Shown: positions 18,418 through 27,046 of the stretch, one piece after another
How the letters are laid out: every line of letters starts with the position of its first letter
How positions within the stretch are numbered: position 1 is the first letter of the stretch
IMG/VR virus record: IMGVR_UViG_3300031993_000007
DNA: 64,000 nucleotides
Source: a virus
Lineage: Duplodnaviria; Caudoviricetes
Reading direction: 5' to 3' (one strand)
Program-made: the position numbers and the translations under genes
The notes under the pieces: generated by a model
Seen by the model: only the letters and a program-made list of their open reading frames with translations
The model's database searches: none
Told to the model about the DNA's origin: nothing

Positions 18418-19740
18418 ATGGATATAAAAGGTATTGATCGTTTCATTCGCAACGGCTTGAAGCGCAGTCATACAGTTACATTCTTCGGAAACCACGGTAT
18501 TGGCAAAACGTCGTATACCAAGTACAATGTCCGTGCTCTTGTGGCAGAAAAAGAAAATGTGCCTATTGAACGTGTTCATGTAATTACAAAGTGCGTCAGC
18601 ATCATGGATCCCGCTGACTTACTTGGTAACTTCCATGAATTCGGCGGACGTACGTATAACTGTCCTCCGAACTGGATTCCGGTTTCCAAGGCCTACGAGG
18701 ACGAAATGGAAGCTTTGTACAAGTCGTATGGAATGGAATACACCCGTTTGACAAACTATGATGACGTGTATATCTTGTTTCTTGACGAGTGTAAGCGTGG
18801 CAACCCCATCATTCAAGACTCTATCATGGAACTGATTCTCGGTCATACCATCTTCGGTATTGACCTGCACGAAAAGACGTATATCTTTGCGGCTGACAAC
18901 GACAATGCAAAGATCTATAACGGATCTAAACGTGACCCGGCCCAGATGAGCCGTTTGAAGAACTTTGACTTCATGCCGACTAACAAGGAATTCTTGGCTG
19001 ACTTTGATGCTCGTACCGAGCGCGGAGAGATCCACGAGGTCATTTCGGCCTTCCTTAAGAAGAATGAAGACTTCATCGTGCTCCCGACCAAGACTATCGA
19101 AGAGCTTACCATCCAGAATAAGAAAGGCCCGTCTCCTCGTGACTGGACTCAGCTTGGCGAATGCTTGCTGGAGTTCAAGAACAATGATGACGATATCGTT
19201 GCTAACATCAACGGTAGCACCGCCAACGAAATGTACCTTCAGCAGATTGCTCAGGCTTACATCGGATCGGGTTATTCCAACAAGTTCGCCCGTTGGTGTG
19301 CTAGTGAATTCGCTCAGCAGATCGATATCAACGACATTGTTGAAAACATGACCGACAAGCTGTTCAATATTCTGAGGGACGAGTTTGACAAGGATCCGAA
19401 GAGTGCAATTCCGTTCTGCGAAGAAGTGGTCAAGAATCTTGAAAAGCGCAGCAAGCTCACTGAAAAGATGGGCAAGAACATTCTGCGCTTCATGGAGGCT
19501 ATGCCCAATGCTGGAATCAGCAACTTCTTCCAGACTTGGAACAAGGCTAATCCCAAGCAGTTCACAATGTGGAAGCACACTCCTCGTCGTCATGATATCT
19601 GTATGCGCTCTACGGCTTCTACCAACGCCAAGCCCGGTGAAAAGTCGGCTTATGAATCTTGGCTGGAAAACTTCCTCCGTAGGTTCAAGCTCACTCCGGC
19701 AGATATGGCTAGCGATACCATTGACCTGTCTACGAGGTAA
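18418..19740 (+). CDS. MoxR-like AAA+ ATPase
   Basis: Walker A GNHGIGKT, D..DLLG, Walker B ILFLDE, DPAQMSR and PSPRDW. Confidence 0.85.
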   Translation: MDIKGIDRFIRNGLKRSHTVTFFGNHGIGKTSYTKYNVRALVAEKENVPIERVHVITKCVSIMDPADLLGNFHEFGGRTYNCPPNWIPVSKAYEDEMEALYKSYGMEYTRLTNYDDVYILFLDECKRGNPIIQDSIMELILGHTIFGIDLHEKTYIFAADNDNAKIYNGSKRDPAQMSRLKNFDFMPTNKEFLADFDARTERGEIHEVISAFLKKNEDFIVLPTKTIEELTIQNKKGPSPRDWTQLGECLLEFKNNDDDIVANINGSTANEMYLQQIAQAYIGSGYSNKFARWCASEFAQQIDINDIVENMTDKLFNILRDEFDKDPKSAIPFCEEVVKNLEKRSKLTEKMGKNILRFMEAMPNAGISNFFQTWNKANPKQFTMWKHTPRRHDICMRSTASTNAKPGEKSAYESWLENFLRRFKLTPADMASDTIDLSTR

Positions 19741-19742
19741 CT

Positions 19743-21086
19743 ATGGCTGAAGTTCTGAAGAGTAACTTTGAGGAAGCTCTCTGTTTGCTCTCCATCAACA
19801 GCCCTGCGTGTTTCAACTTAATCATCCGTATTATCACCACGGAAACTGATAAGGTTGAGACTATGGGTGTTAAGGTCTGGGATGGCCAAATCGAGCTCCA
19901 GTACAACCGGAAATTCATTGACAACCTTGAAAAGGCAGAAAGGAACTATGTCCTCATTCATGAGATGCTTCACATCTTGATGCATCACTGTACGTGGCGA
20001 CAGAGTTCTGATCTGCGTATGAAGTATATCGACAACGTAGCGATGGATCTAGAAATCAACTCCATGATCCATGAAGATAACTTCATTAAAATGCCTATCT
20101 TCAAGAATAACGAAGGGGCAAGAAAGAAAGGGGAACAGTGCGGTCTGCTGCCTAAGATGTTCGGCTACAGCGATGGTCTGTCTTACGAACAGTACAGAGC
20201 TTTGTTGACAAAGGACTTCCCTCAATCCGAGATAATGTTCATTGTCGAAGAAGATGGGGAATCCAGCAACAGCGACGGTAACGGTGGCCAGTCCAATAGT
20301 TCCGGTAGCAACGGAGAAGGTGACGGAGATTCAGATGGCTCTAACCAGAATGATTCTGGTTCTAGCATGGAAGGAAAGATGGTTATCGATCCGAACTGTC
20401 CGCTCGGTAAGATTACCTCTGGAAGAATTGCTAATGATCATGGCAAGGATTATAATGAAGATACGTATGCCGACGACTTCGTAAGAGGCGAAGTTGAACG
20501 CATCCAGCGTAACAATCTGTGGGGAAATACTCCGTCTGGAACGATCGAAAAGATCTTGAAGGCTCAGGAACAACCCTTGGATTGGGCTGGCTTGCTTCGC
20601 TTAGAAGCTGGTCACTTCATTAGCTTTGAAAAGGTGTATACCCGTCGTAGATGGGATAAGCACTTTGGAAAGCCCTTCCTTGGCTATACTATGAAAAGTG
20701 TAGAACCGGTTGCTGTCTATACTGACACCAGTGCTTCCGTTGGAAGTTCTGATTTAAGTAGATTCATTGTCGAGATTGGACGTATTGCTCACTTCACACA
20801 AGTGATGCTGTACAACTTCGATACTGAAATCAAGAATCCTGAAGAACCAGTGCTGTTCAGCCGTGAGGCTATCGAGTCTATTGAGTTCAAGGGACGTGGC
20901 GGTACAAGTTTTACACCTATCTTTGAGCATGTCAAAGAACACGAAATCCATCAAGTGGTCATCCTTACTGACGGTTTTGCCGAAGCAATATCTCAAGATG
21001 AAGTCGGTGATGCTTCAGTAATTTGGGTGATTACCAAGGGTGGAAGCCTAACAGGGAAACCTGGGGTAGTCGTGGAAATGCAATAA
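19743..21086 (+). CDS. HEXXH metallopeptidase-like domain plus VWA domain protein (DUF2201-type partner of MoxR)
   Basis: HEMLH, NVAMDLEIN, acidic G/S linker, MIDAS DTSAS, GRGGTSF and ILTDG. Confidence 0.85.
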   Translation: MAEVLKSNFEEALCLLSINSPACFNLIIRIITTETDKVETMGVKVWDGQIELQYNRKFIDNLEKAERNYVLIHEMLHILMHHCTWRQSSDLRMKYIDNVAMDLEINSMIHEDNFIKMPIFKNNEGARKKGEQCGLLPKMFGYSDGLSYEQYRALLTKDFPQSEIMFIVEEDGESSNSDGNGGQSNSSGSNGEGDGDSDGSNQNDSGSSMEGKMVIDPNCPLGKITSGRIANDHGKDYNEDTYADDFVRGEVERIQRNNLWGNTPSGTIEKILKAQEQPLDWAGLLRLEAGHFISFEKVYTRRRWDKHFGKPFLGYTMKSVEPVAVYTDTSASVGSSDLSRFIVEIGRIAHFTQVMLYNFDTEIKNPEEPVLFSREAIESIEFKGRGGTSFTPIFEHVKEHEIHQVVILTDGFAEAISQDEVGDASVIWVITKGGSLTGKPGVVVEMQ

Positions 21087-21091
21087 AATTT

Positions 21092-21119
21092 AGAGAGCCG
21101 CAAGGCTCTCTTATTTTTT
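21092..21119 (+). terminator. Intrinsic terminator
   Basis: AGAGAGCC-GCAA-GGCTCTCT followed by a T-tract. Confidence 0.85.
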
Positions 21120-21130
21120 AAGGAACATAG

Positions 21131-21206
21131 AAAAAAAAGACGCCGCACCATGTTGTGGAAAAAGTGTCTTGCCCAGGGAAAGAGGGGAGAACTTTGGTGC
21201 GGCGTC
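21131..21206 (-). ncRNA. Structured 3' element A (12-bp stem, 44-nt loop, U8 tail); candidate sRNA/terminator
   Basis: GACGCCGCACCA (21139-21150) and TGGTGCGGCGTC (21195-21206) form a perfect inverted repeat, with an A8 tract at 21131-21138. Confidence 0.5.
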
Positions 21207-21214
21207 AGATTGGG

Positions 21215-21556
21215 TTATGCGTCTCCGCTAGTAGTTGCTTGTTCCTTTTCACGCAGGTAAGTCGGAATCGAATAATCAATCCCGGATGCCTTTAAATCGC
21301 TTTGAATTGACGTGCAAGCCTCTTTGTATTTCTCCCATTCCCATTTAGAAGCTTTAGCCTTCTCTTCATTGTCTAGTGCTTTGAGAAGAAGGTTAACTTT
21401 CTTTGTGGGAAGGGCGGCGGCCAACTTGCGATTTTCACGTTTCATTCTCGGAAATTCTTCAGATCGATGGGTTAACCACGCCTGAAGAGCAACTCCGGCC
21501 TGAAAACCGAACCAAAGACCGGAAAGGATAAGCGACGCTTTTTCTTTTGAAGCCAT
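21215..21556 (-). CDS. Small protein with N-terminal hydrophobic segment
   Basis: CTGGAGG RBS and its own TATATTT promoter motif. Confidence 0.7.
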   Translation of the reverse strand: MASKEKASLILSGLWFGFQAGVALQAWLTHRSEEFPRMKRENRKLAAALPTKKVNLLLKALDNEEKAKASKWEWEKYKEACTSIQSDLKASGIDYSIPTYLREKEQATTSGDA

Positions 21557-21646
21557 ATTACTACCTCCAGATAGTTAAAGAGAAGCAGGATTACTTCTCT
21601 TCTATGGGTCATAATTAAATATAGCCCGTTCGCTATATTTTTTACG

Positions 21647-21752
21647 GAAAAAAAGAAAGGGGCATTCCTATTCCAGCTGGAGGATCCAGAATAGGAAATA
21701 AACACCTCAACCCTAGGTGCGCCCCGGTGGCCGCTAAAAGAGCCGTCGGCCA
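21647..21752 (-). ncRNA. Structured 3' element B (multi-branch, U-rich tail); candidate sRNA/terminator
   Basis: Closing stem GGGGCG/UGCCCC; inner 12-bp stem (21665-76 with 21686-97) that is fully paired only on the minus strand through G-U pairs; loop AUCCUCCAG. Confidence 0.5.
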
Positions 21753-21758
21753 GTTTTG

Positions 21759-22289
21759 TTAATTGTGGTTCGTATAGACGTGCTCCATCCAATTTTGGGT
21801 AAACTGCGGACACTTGCAAAGCTTTCTTTCGCTATCTCCGTTCCCGACATTTCCGGGTCGAGCATGAAGTCTAATCACATCTGCTTCATTGATACATTCG
21901 TGATTTCCGTACTTTACCATCCCATACATCCTAAGGACATTTCCGGGATCTCTCACTATGGTATAGGTTTTTCCAAATACGGAAAACAAGTAAGATTCCT
22001 GCTCTTCAGGATGTTCAGTCTTAAAAGTGCTACCAAACCTATTATCCGCTACGACTTTAAATCTGTCGCCTTGGTATAACACCGAAATTTGGTGATTTTT
22101 GATGAAGGCATTAGCGCTGCTTAGAAAAGTGTCGCCTGGGCCTTCTTTACACTTGAAATTATTTTTCGCCAGCCGAAACTGCGAAGGACTTTTAGGATTC
22201 ATGCTCATACAATGAGGTGTTAGCCGAATGGATCGGAGTTCCATACAAGCCATCCGCAAAAGATAGATGGAATTATCCAGAATCCCCAA
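21759..22289 (-). CDS. Hypothetical protein
   Basis: 176 aa ORF overlapping the upstream small gene; start uncertain. Confidence 0.55.
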   Translation of the reverse strand: MGILDNSIYLLRMACMELRSIRLTPHCMSMNPKSPSQFRLAKNNFKCKEGPGDTFLSSANAFIKNHQISVLYQGDRFKVVADNRFGSTFKTEHPEEQESYLFSVFGKTYTIVRDPGNVLRMYGMVKYGNHECINEADVIRLHARPGNVGNGDSERKLCKCPQFTQNWMEHVYTNHN

Positions 22290-22441
22290 TGCAATCCCAT
22301 TAGGTATACTATCACAAAGTATAAGAATAGCACTATTGCTAGAGTAAGAAACAAGTTTTTCGTAGTTTTCATATTATTATCCTGACAATAATCTATACGA
22401 CAAAGGTTGTTTACCAGAATTGCAAGTATCTTATCTTTCAT
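22220..22441 (-). CDS. Small membrane protein (2 predicted TM)
   Basis: Hydrophobic LFLTLAIVLFLYFVIVYL and FWIIPSIFCGWLVW; the true start may be the internal Met after a CAGGA RBS. Confidence 0.5.
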   Translation of the reverse strand: MKDKILAILVNNLCRIDYCQDNNMKTTKNLFLTLAIVLFLYFVIVYLMGLHWGFWIIPSIFCGWLVWNSDPFG

Positions 22442-22451
22442 GAGTTTTCCA

Positions 22452-22540
22452 TAAAAAATAACTGCGCCGGGATAGGAGGTGTGTTAAGTCTCCAATGTTG
22501 TGGTGAGGCTGTGTGGACCTCAAAACTTCCCAGCGCAGTT
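22452..22540 (-). ncRNA. Structured 3' element C (13-bp closing stem, two inner hairpins, U-tail); candidate sRNA/terminator
   Basis: 22460-22472 pairs with 22528-22540, with one G-U pair valid only on the minus strand; followed by AUUUUUU. Confidence 0.5.
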
Positions 22541-22573
22541 GAGGTAGATGGATCTCCTTTGTGTTAAATCCTC

Positions 22574-23062
22574 TTACTTCTTCTGCTCTTCTTCGGCTTC
22601 TGCTTCGGTCTCATCTTCATCTGCTCCAACCGGACGGACGGTATATTCAATACCAGCCATCAGAACGACACGAGAGCCGTCATTTGCAGGAGGACAAAGT
22701 TGCATGCGAGGAGCACCAATGAAGTTGCCCATAGACTCTTCATAGAATCTGTTAATATTCTTTTCAAGTTGAATCGTATTTTCACCTACGATGAACTTCA
22801 CACGGTTCAACAACTTAGGCTTCTTGACTTCGTCTGCTTCAACCGGACGGACGGTATACTCGACACCAGCCATCAGAACAACATGAGAGCCATCATTCGC
22901 AGGGGGACAAAGCTGCATATGCGGAGCGCCAACAAAGTTGCCCATAGACTCTTCATAGAATCTGTTGATATTCTTCTCAAGCTGAATCGTATTATCGCCT
23001 ACGATGAGCTTCACACGATTCAACAACTTAGGCTTCTTAAAATTCTTTTTATTGTTAGGCAT
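22574..23062 (-). CDS. Protein made of two near-identical 71-aa domains
   Basis: Start MPNNKK after an AAGGA RBS, with TATATTA upstream; internal duplication. Confidence 0.75.
   Translation of the reverse strand: MPNNKKNFKKPKLLNRVKLIVGDNTIQLEKNINRFYEESMGNFVGAPHMQLCPPANDGSHVVLMAGVEYTVRPVEADEVKKPKLLNRVKFIVGENTIQLEKNINRFYEESMGNFIGAPRMQLCPPANDGSRVVLMAGIEYTVRPVGADEDETEAEAEEEQKK
22613..23038 (-). repeat. 213-bp tandem duplication (2 copies) inside the CDS
   Basis: Units 22826-23038 and 22613-22825 both encode KKPKLLNRVK...EYTVRPV.ADE. Confidence 0.9.
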
Positions 23063-23169
23063 TTTGGATCCTTTTTTGATTTGGGTTGTCATCCAAGTGT
23101 ACATCTTGGACATAAGATAATATAGACTTGTTCTGATCAACAATTTATTGTACAACCTATAGGTAAACT

Positions 23170-25203
23170 ATGAATAACAAAGCTCAAGAAAAACTTCAGA
23201 ATCTCAATACGGTTGCTGAAGATATCAAAAAGAATTTTCAAAATCTTGACGAGCAAATCGACAAATTTAAGGATATGATCAGTCCTTGGTATGTTGCTCC
23301 GGAACTTTGCACCCGTCCTACAGTGATCAACCTCTGGGGCATGACTGGCATCGGCAAGACCGCTATGGTTCGTGAGTTTGTAGATCGCCTTGGAATGAAG
23401 GATAAATTCCGTGACGTTATCTGCAACAGCAAGAGCGGCTACGGAAATCTTCGTGATGTCGTTACCGGATTGCTTGAAAGTGATTTCGATGGCGATGGTC
23501 GGGCTATCATCTTTATTGACGAATTCCAGAACGTGATTACCCGTGGATTTATGGGCGCTCGCAACACAAACTGCGAACCGTTCCTGTGGGAAGCTCTGTC
23601 CGACGGTCGCATCAAGATTTCTATCCCCAAGATTAGCTTGATCGAAACTGTTGCCAGACTTCGTAGGATCGTTAAAGATCGTGCTGATCGTCGCAATTCT
23701 GGCAAGCTGGTTGAAGATTGCGGCAGTCGTGGAATTTGGGAAGTCCAAAAGATGCGTCGCATGTACAGCATTAAGAATATGCCCCTTCTCGACATCATGT
23801 CTATGTCGTATGAAGAAGAACTCAAGCTGGCTGAAAAGGCCCTTGAAACCTACAGCGATCAGGTCTTTTACATGGACTATCGCAAAGTTCTGTTCATCAT
23901 CGCTGGTAATATGGATCAGGTCTTTACCGAAGCTAGCGGCGTGTCCAGTGTTGAAGTTGATGCTGATGCAGTCTACAAGAGTGCCAAGGAAGTCACCATC
24001 TTTGACATCAAGCGTGGCTTGGCTATGCGCTTGTTCCCTGAAGAAGTAGCCCGTCTCGGTAATAACCATATCATCTTCTACGGCTTCCGTAAGCAGGACT
24101 TCGCAAACCTGATTAAACAGCGTTTGGAAGCGGTTGTAGCCGAAACTGAAAAGCTTTCTGGAATCAAGCTGGTCTTTGACCCGTCTGTGATGATTATGCT
24201 TTATCGAAACGGCGTATTCCCGGCTCAGGGTGCAAGACCGCTGTTTTCTACGATCCAAGGCTTGATTGAGAGTAACATTCCTAAGATCGTCTTTGCGGCT
24301 GCTGAAGCCGACAAGGAAATTTCGATCTCTTACGACGAGGAGAAATTCTGTCTCGTCACCTCCAACAATGTCACGATTCCGTGTCTCGGTGGTGTAGACG
24401 AAGCCATAAACCGCTTGAACAAGGACAAGGACGAAAAGCGTTGTACCTCTGTTCATGAAACTGGTCATGCCATTGTCTATGCAGAAACCTTCGGTGCCAT
24501 CCCGCAGACTATGGTGAGTGTGGTGGCTGACAGTAACGTTGCTGCTGGGTTCATCACTACTCATTCGATCCGTCATACCCGTACCACGATTGAAAACTTC
24601 ATCGCTACGGCTGTGGCTGGCATGGTTGCTGAAGAAACCGTGTTCGGAAAAGACTTCCGTACAGTTGGTTGCTCTTCTGACCTTGTGACGGCTACTACGC
24701 TTGCTGCGAAGTTCATTCGTCGCTTTGCCTACTCTGACAAGTACAAAGCTGTAATAGGTGGAGACGTCGATGAGTACAATGCCGTCGGCGAAACGAGCGA
24801 ACTCGTTAACAAGATGGTTATGTCTTGCATTGACAAGGCTCGTAGTATCATTGAAAACAACATTGAGCTCCTGAAGGATGTCTCTAACGTGATGTTCGAA
24901 AGCGGAAAGTGCTCTCCGGAAGAATTCCAAGAAATCTCTAGCAAGCATGGAAAGAATTACAAGATTCTTGACTTCAACGCTAAGATTACTCCGAACTTCC
25001 GGGAACGCTACAAGCTCTTTGTGGAATCCGGTGTTCGCAACATCGCAGAAATTGCTAATGAGGCGGCTGAGTGCGCTAGCTTCTTTGAAGGAGCTAAAGC
25101 TAACGTCAGCTATACCTTAGCTAATGAAGACGTCGATATCCAGAAATCTGCTGCTGTCAATGCCGGGGTGTCTCTCTCCAGCGATAGCCTCTGGGGTGAC
25201 TAA
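23170..25203 (+). CDS. AAA+ ATPase (ClpA/B D2-like) fused to an M41/FtsH-type zinc peptidase
   Basis: GMTGIGKT, IFIDEF, FPEEVARLG, GARPL, then HETGHA...AGMVAEETVFG...GCSSDL; no TM segment. Confidence 0.85.
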   Translation: MNNKAQEKLQNLNTVAEDIKKNFQNLDEQIDKFKDMISPWYVAPELCTRPTVINLWGMTGIGKTAMVREFVDRLGMKDKFRDVICNSKSGYGNLRDVVTGLLESDFDGDGRAIIFIDEFQNVITRGFMGARNTNCEPFLWEALSDGRIKISIPKISLIETVARLRRIVKDRADRRNSGKLVEDCGSRGIWEVQKMRRMYSIKNMPLLDIMSMSYEEELKLAEKALETYSDQVFYMDYRKVLFIIAGNMDQVFTEASGVSSVEVDADAVYKSAKEVTIFDIKRGLAMRLFPEEVARLGNNHIIFYGFRKQDFANLIKQRLEAVVAETEKLSGIKLVFDPSVMIMLYRNGVFPAQGARPLFSTIQGLIESNIPKIVFAAAEADKEISISYDEEKFCLVTSNNVTIPCLGGVDEAINRLNKDKDEKRCTSVHETGHAIVYAETFGAIPQTMVSVVADSNVAAGFITTHSIRHTRTTIENFIATAVAGMVAEETVFGKDFRTVGCSSDLVTATTLAAKFIRRFAYSDKYKAVIGGDVDEYNAVGETSELVNKMVMSCIDKARSIIENNIELLKDVSNVMFESGKCSPEEFQEISSKHGKNYKILDFNAKITPNFRERYKLFVESGVRNIAEIANEAAECASFFEGAKANVSYTLANEDVDIQKSAAVNAGVSLSSDSLWGD

Positions 25204-25430
25204 CTCTATAATGAGGCGAATACCTCCTTTTTTGGGTTAACGTGAAACGACTGCCAAGACCTTTCTAGCCATTGGGTCTTGGCAGTTGATTTGCTTAGAC
25301 AAAACTCTAAATTAAATTATGACCTCGCACCAAAGTGCGAGGCGGAGGGGAACTATTTCAGGACTTTGATCAGCGATAGCAGTCAAAGTTTCAAACGAGT
25401 TCGGAACTGAATTTAGGAGGATCATAACAA

Positions 25431-26462
25431 ATGAAATTCTGTACTGGAAAGGGATGCCGATGCAATGGTGTTCAAATTAAAGACCTGCCGGATTACGCAG
25501 GTAATGACGGTTTTGTGGCAATGGATAGCTCTCAGCACAAAACTGGCAGGGTTCCTCTCTCCCGTTTGCGTGAGATGATAGGGGGCGGTAGCGCAGATCC
25601 TGCCGTTCTCAATAGTAAGGCTGATAAAGTGGAAAACGCCACAGAAAATGATCTTGCTACATTAGATGCCGAGGGCAACCTGACCGATTCGGGCATACAT
25701 GTCAAAGATATTGTGACAGATGAAGACTATGTTCACACGGACAACAATTTTACCGATGAATACAAGGCGAAACTTGATGGAGAGAGTGGCGAGTGTGAAT
25801 TGTTTGTGGGGGATGCAAATACAACGTATGCTGAATGGAAGTCGGCTAGCGATGCAGGAAAAGCCCTTGTTTTCCGTTATGTTCTGGATGCAGGTGGTGG
25901 TACAACCATTCTCGCCGACACTATGAGTTCTAAGGTCATGGTTACTAATAGCTCGGTGACAATCAGCACAACGATAGATATTGTTGTTGAAAAGCTTTAT
26001 CTTGAGTGGAGATTGGATACAGAAGATAATCTTCAAATTCAGTATATTGGAGAAATGCTTGCTGGAAAAGCGCTAGTAACGGTTCCGCCAGGTGGAGATA
26101 CTCCCATGTGTACATTTATGTATTTAGGGTTTCTTACCGGTGTCGATGTAATTGATATACTCACTGGACAAGTAGACATCAGTACACTCCCGCAATGGCA
26201 GAAAAATAGAATTGTCTTGCAAGGTTTTTTGAAAATGCGATTGTCGGCGTTTCCTTGGGCATATAGTGAAGGGACTACTTTTTACCTTCCTATAAATGTA
26301 GCTGTAGATGAGGACGAACCATCTATATGTATGGGAACCGACAACGGAATACTAAAATTTCGCGAGGTAGGTCTCCATGAGCACCTTGATGAAGAAACAC
26401 ATGAAGATGTAATTGATATTTATGCAAACCGCTGCTTTATGCAATTAGAAACGCCCGATTAG
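25431..26462 (+). CDS. Putative tail fibre/virion accessory protein
   Basis: AGGAGG RBS; KADKV...LATLDAEGNLTDSG and YVHTDNNFT motifs typical of phage fibre proteins; late-type promoter. Confidence 0.5.
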   Translation: MKFCTGKGCRCNGVQIKDLPDYAGNDGFVAMDSSQHKTGRVPLSRLREMIGGGSADPAVLNSKADKVENATENDLATLDAEGNLTDSGIHVKDIVTDEDYVHTDNNFTDEYKAKLDGESGECELFVGDANTTYAEWKSASDAGKALVFRYVLDAGGGTTILADTMSSKVMVTNSSVTISTTIDIVVEKLYLEWRLDTEDNLQIQYIGEMLAGKALVTVPPGGDTPMCTFMYLGFLTGVDVIDILTGQVDISTLPQWQKNRIVLQGFLKMRLSAFPWAYSEGTTFYLPINVAVDEDEPSICMGTDNGILKFREVGLHEHLDEETHEDVIDIYANRCFMQLETPD

Positions 26463-26688
26463 ACGGAGATGAGAAATGGATCAAAAATCGAAAAAAACTA
26501 ACAAACAACAACTTGACCAAGTAATAGAAGCCATCTATACTCGTGCAAAGAACACCCAAAACGCCCCTAAATTTGGGGTAATAGCTGATTTGCTGACCCA
26601 TCGTGCTAAGTGACAACATATTTAGCAATACTTTGTGGTCACACAGCCTTTGCTTATTCAGTATAGGTGAACTCAATAATGGACACAG

Positions 26689-27036
26689 TTGTTTGTAGAT
26701 TGTGTTTTATACTCCTCCTTCTTGGCACTACCGCAAGACTTCTACCTCAGTCTTGCGGTAGCTGCTTTTGGAAAAATTATGTCGTCCTATTCATATTTAA
26801 GTACACCTTTAATGCGAAAGAGCTGGGAACGTCTAGCTATGTTCAGAAAAGTTTCGATCGAAACTTTTATCACTAATTCTATAAAGGGAGCTAAAGCAGA
26901 TTTTCTTCCACCTTGGTTAAATGAAGATGGATCTCTAAGCGAAGTTGCTAAGATGTTTCAGCGGATTGCGGATAACGCCAAATTGAATACAAATATTCTG
27001 TCTTTAATCAAGGAATACAAAAAACTTCAAGCGTGA
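26689..27036 (+). CDS. Hypothetical protein
   Basis: 115 aa ORF after a late-type motif; start uncertain. Confidence 0.45.
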   Translation: MFVDCVLYSSFLALPQDFYLSLAVAAFGKIMSSYSYLSTPLMRKSWERLAMFRKVSIETFITNSIKGAKADFLPPWLNEDGSLSEVAKMFQRIADNAKLNTNILSLIKEYKKLQA

Positions 27037-27046
27037 AACTCCAAGT

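Noticed and set aside
22613-23038. Possible CRISPR or DGR template/variable repeat
   Set aside because: It is an in-frame two-copy domain duplication with mostly synonymous differences that are not adenine-specific, and there is no reverse transcriptase, cas gene or spacer pattern in the window.
25431-26462. Host assignment from codon style and fibre motifs (gut/rumen anaerobe impression)
   Set aside because: This is a subjective impression that cannot be supported without searches.
26437-26876. Small ORFs 26437-26676(-) and 26667-26876(+)
   Set aside because: No RBS, atypical composition, and overlap with better candidates.
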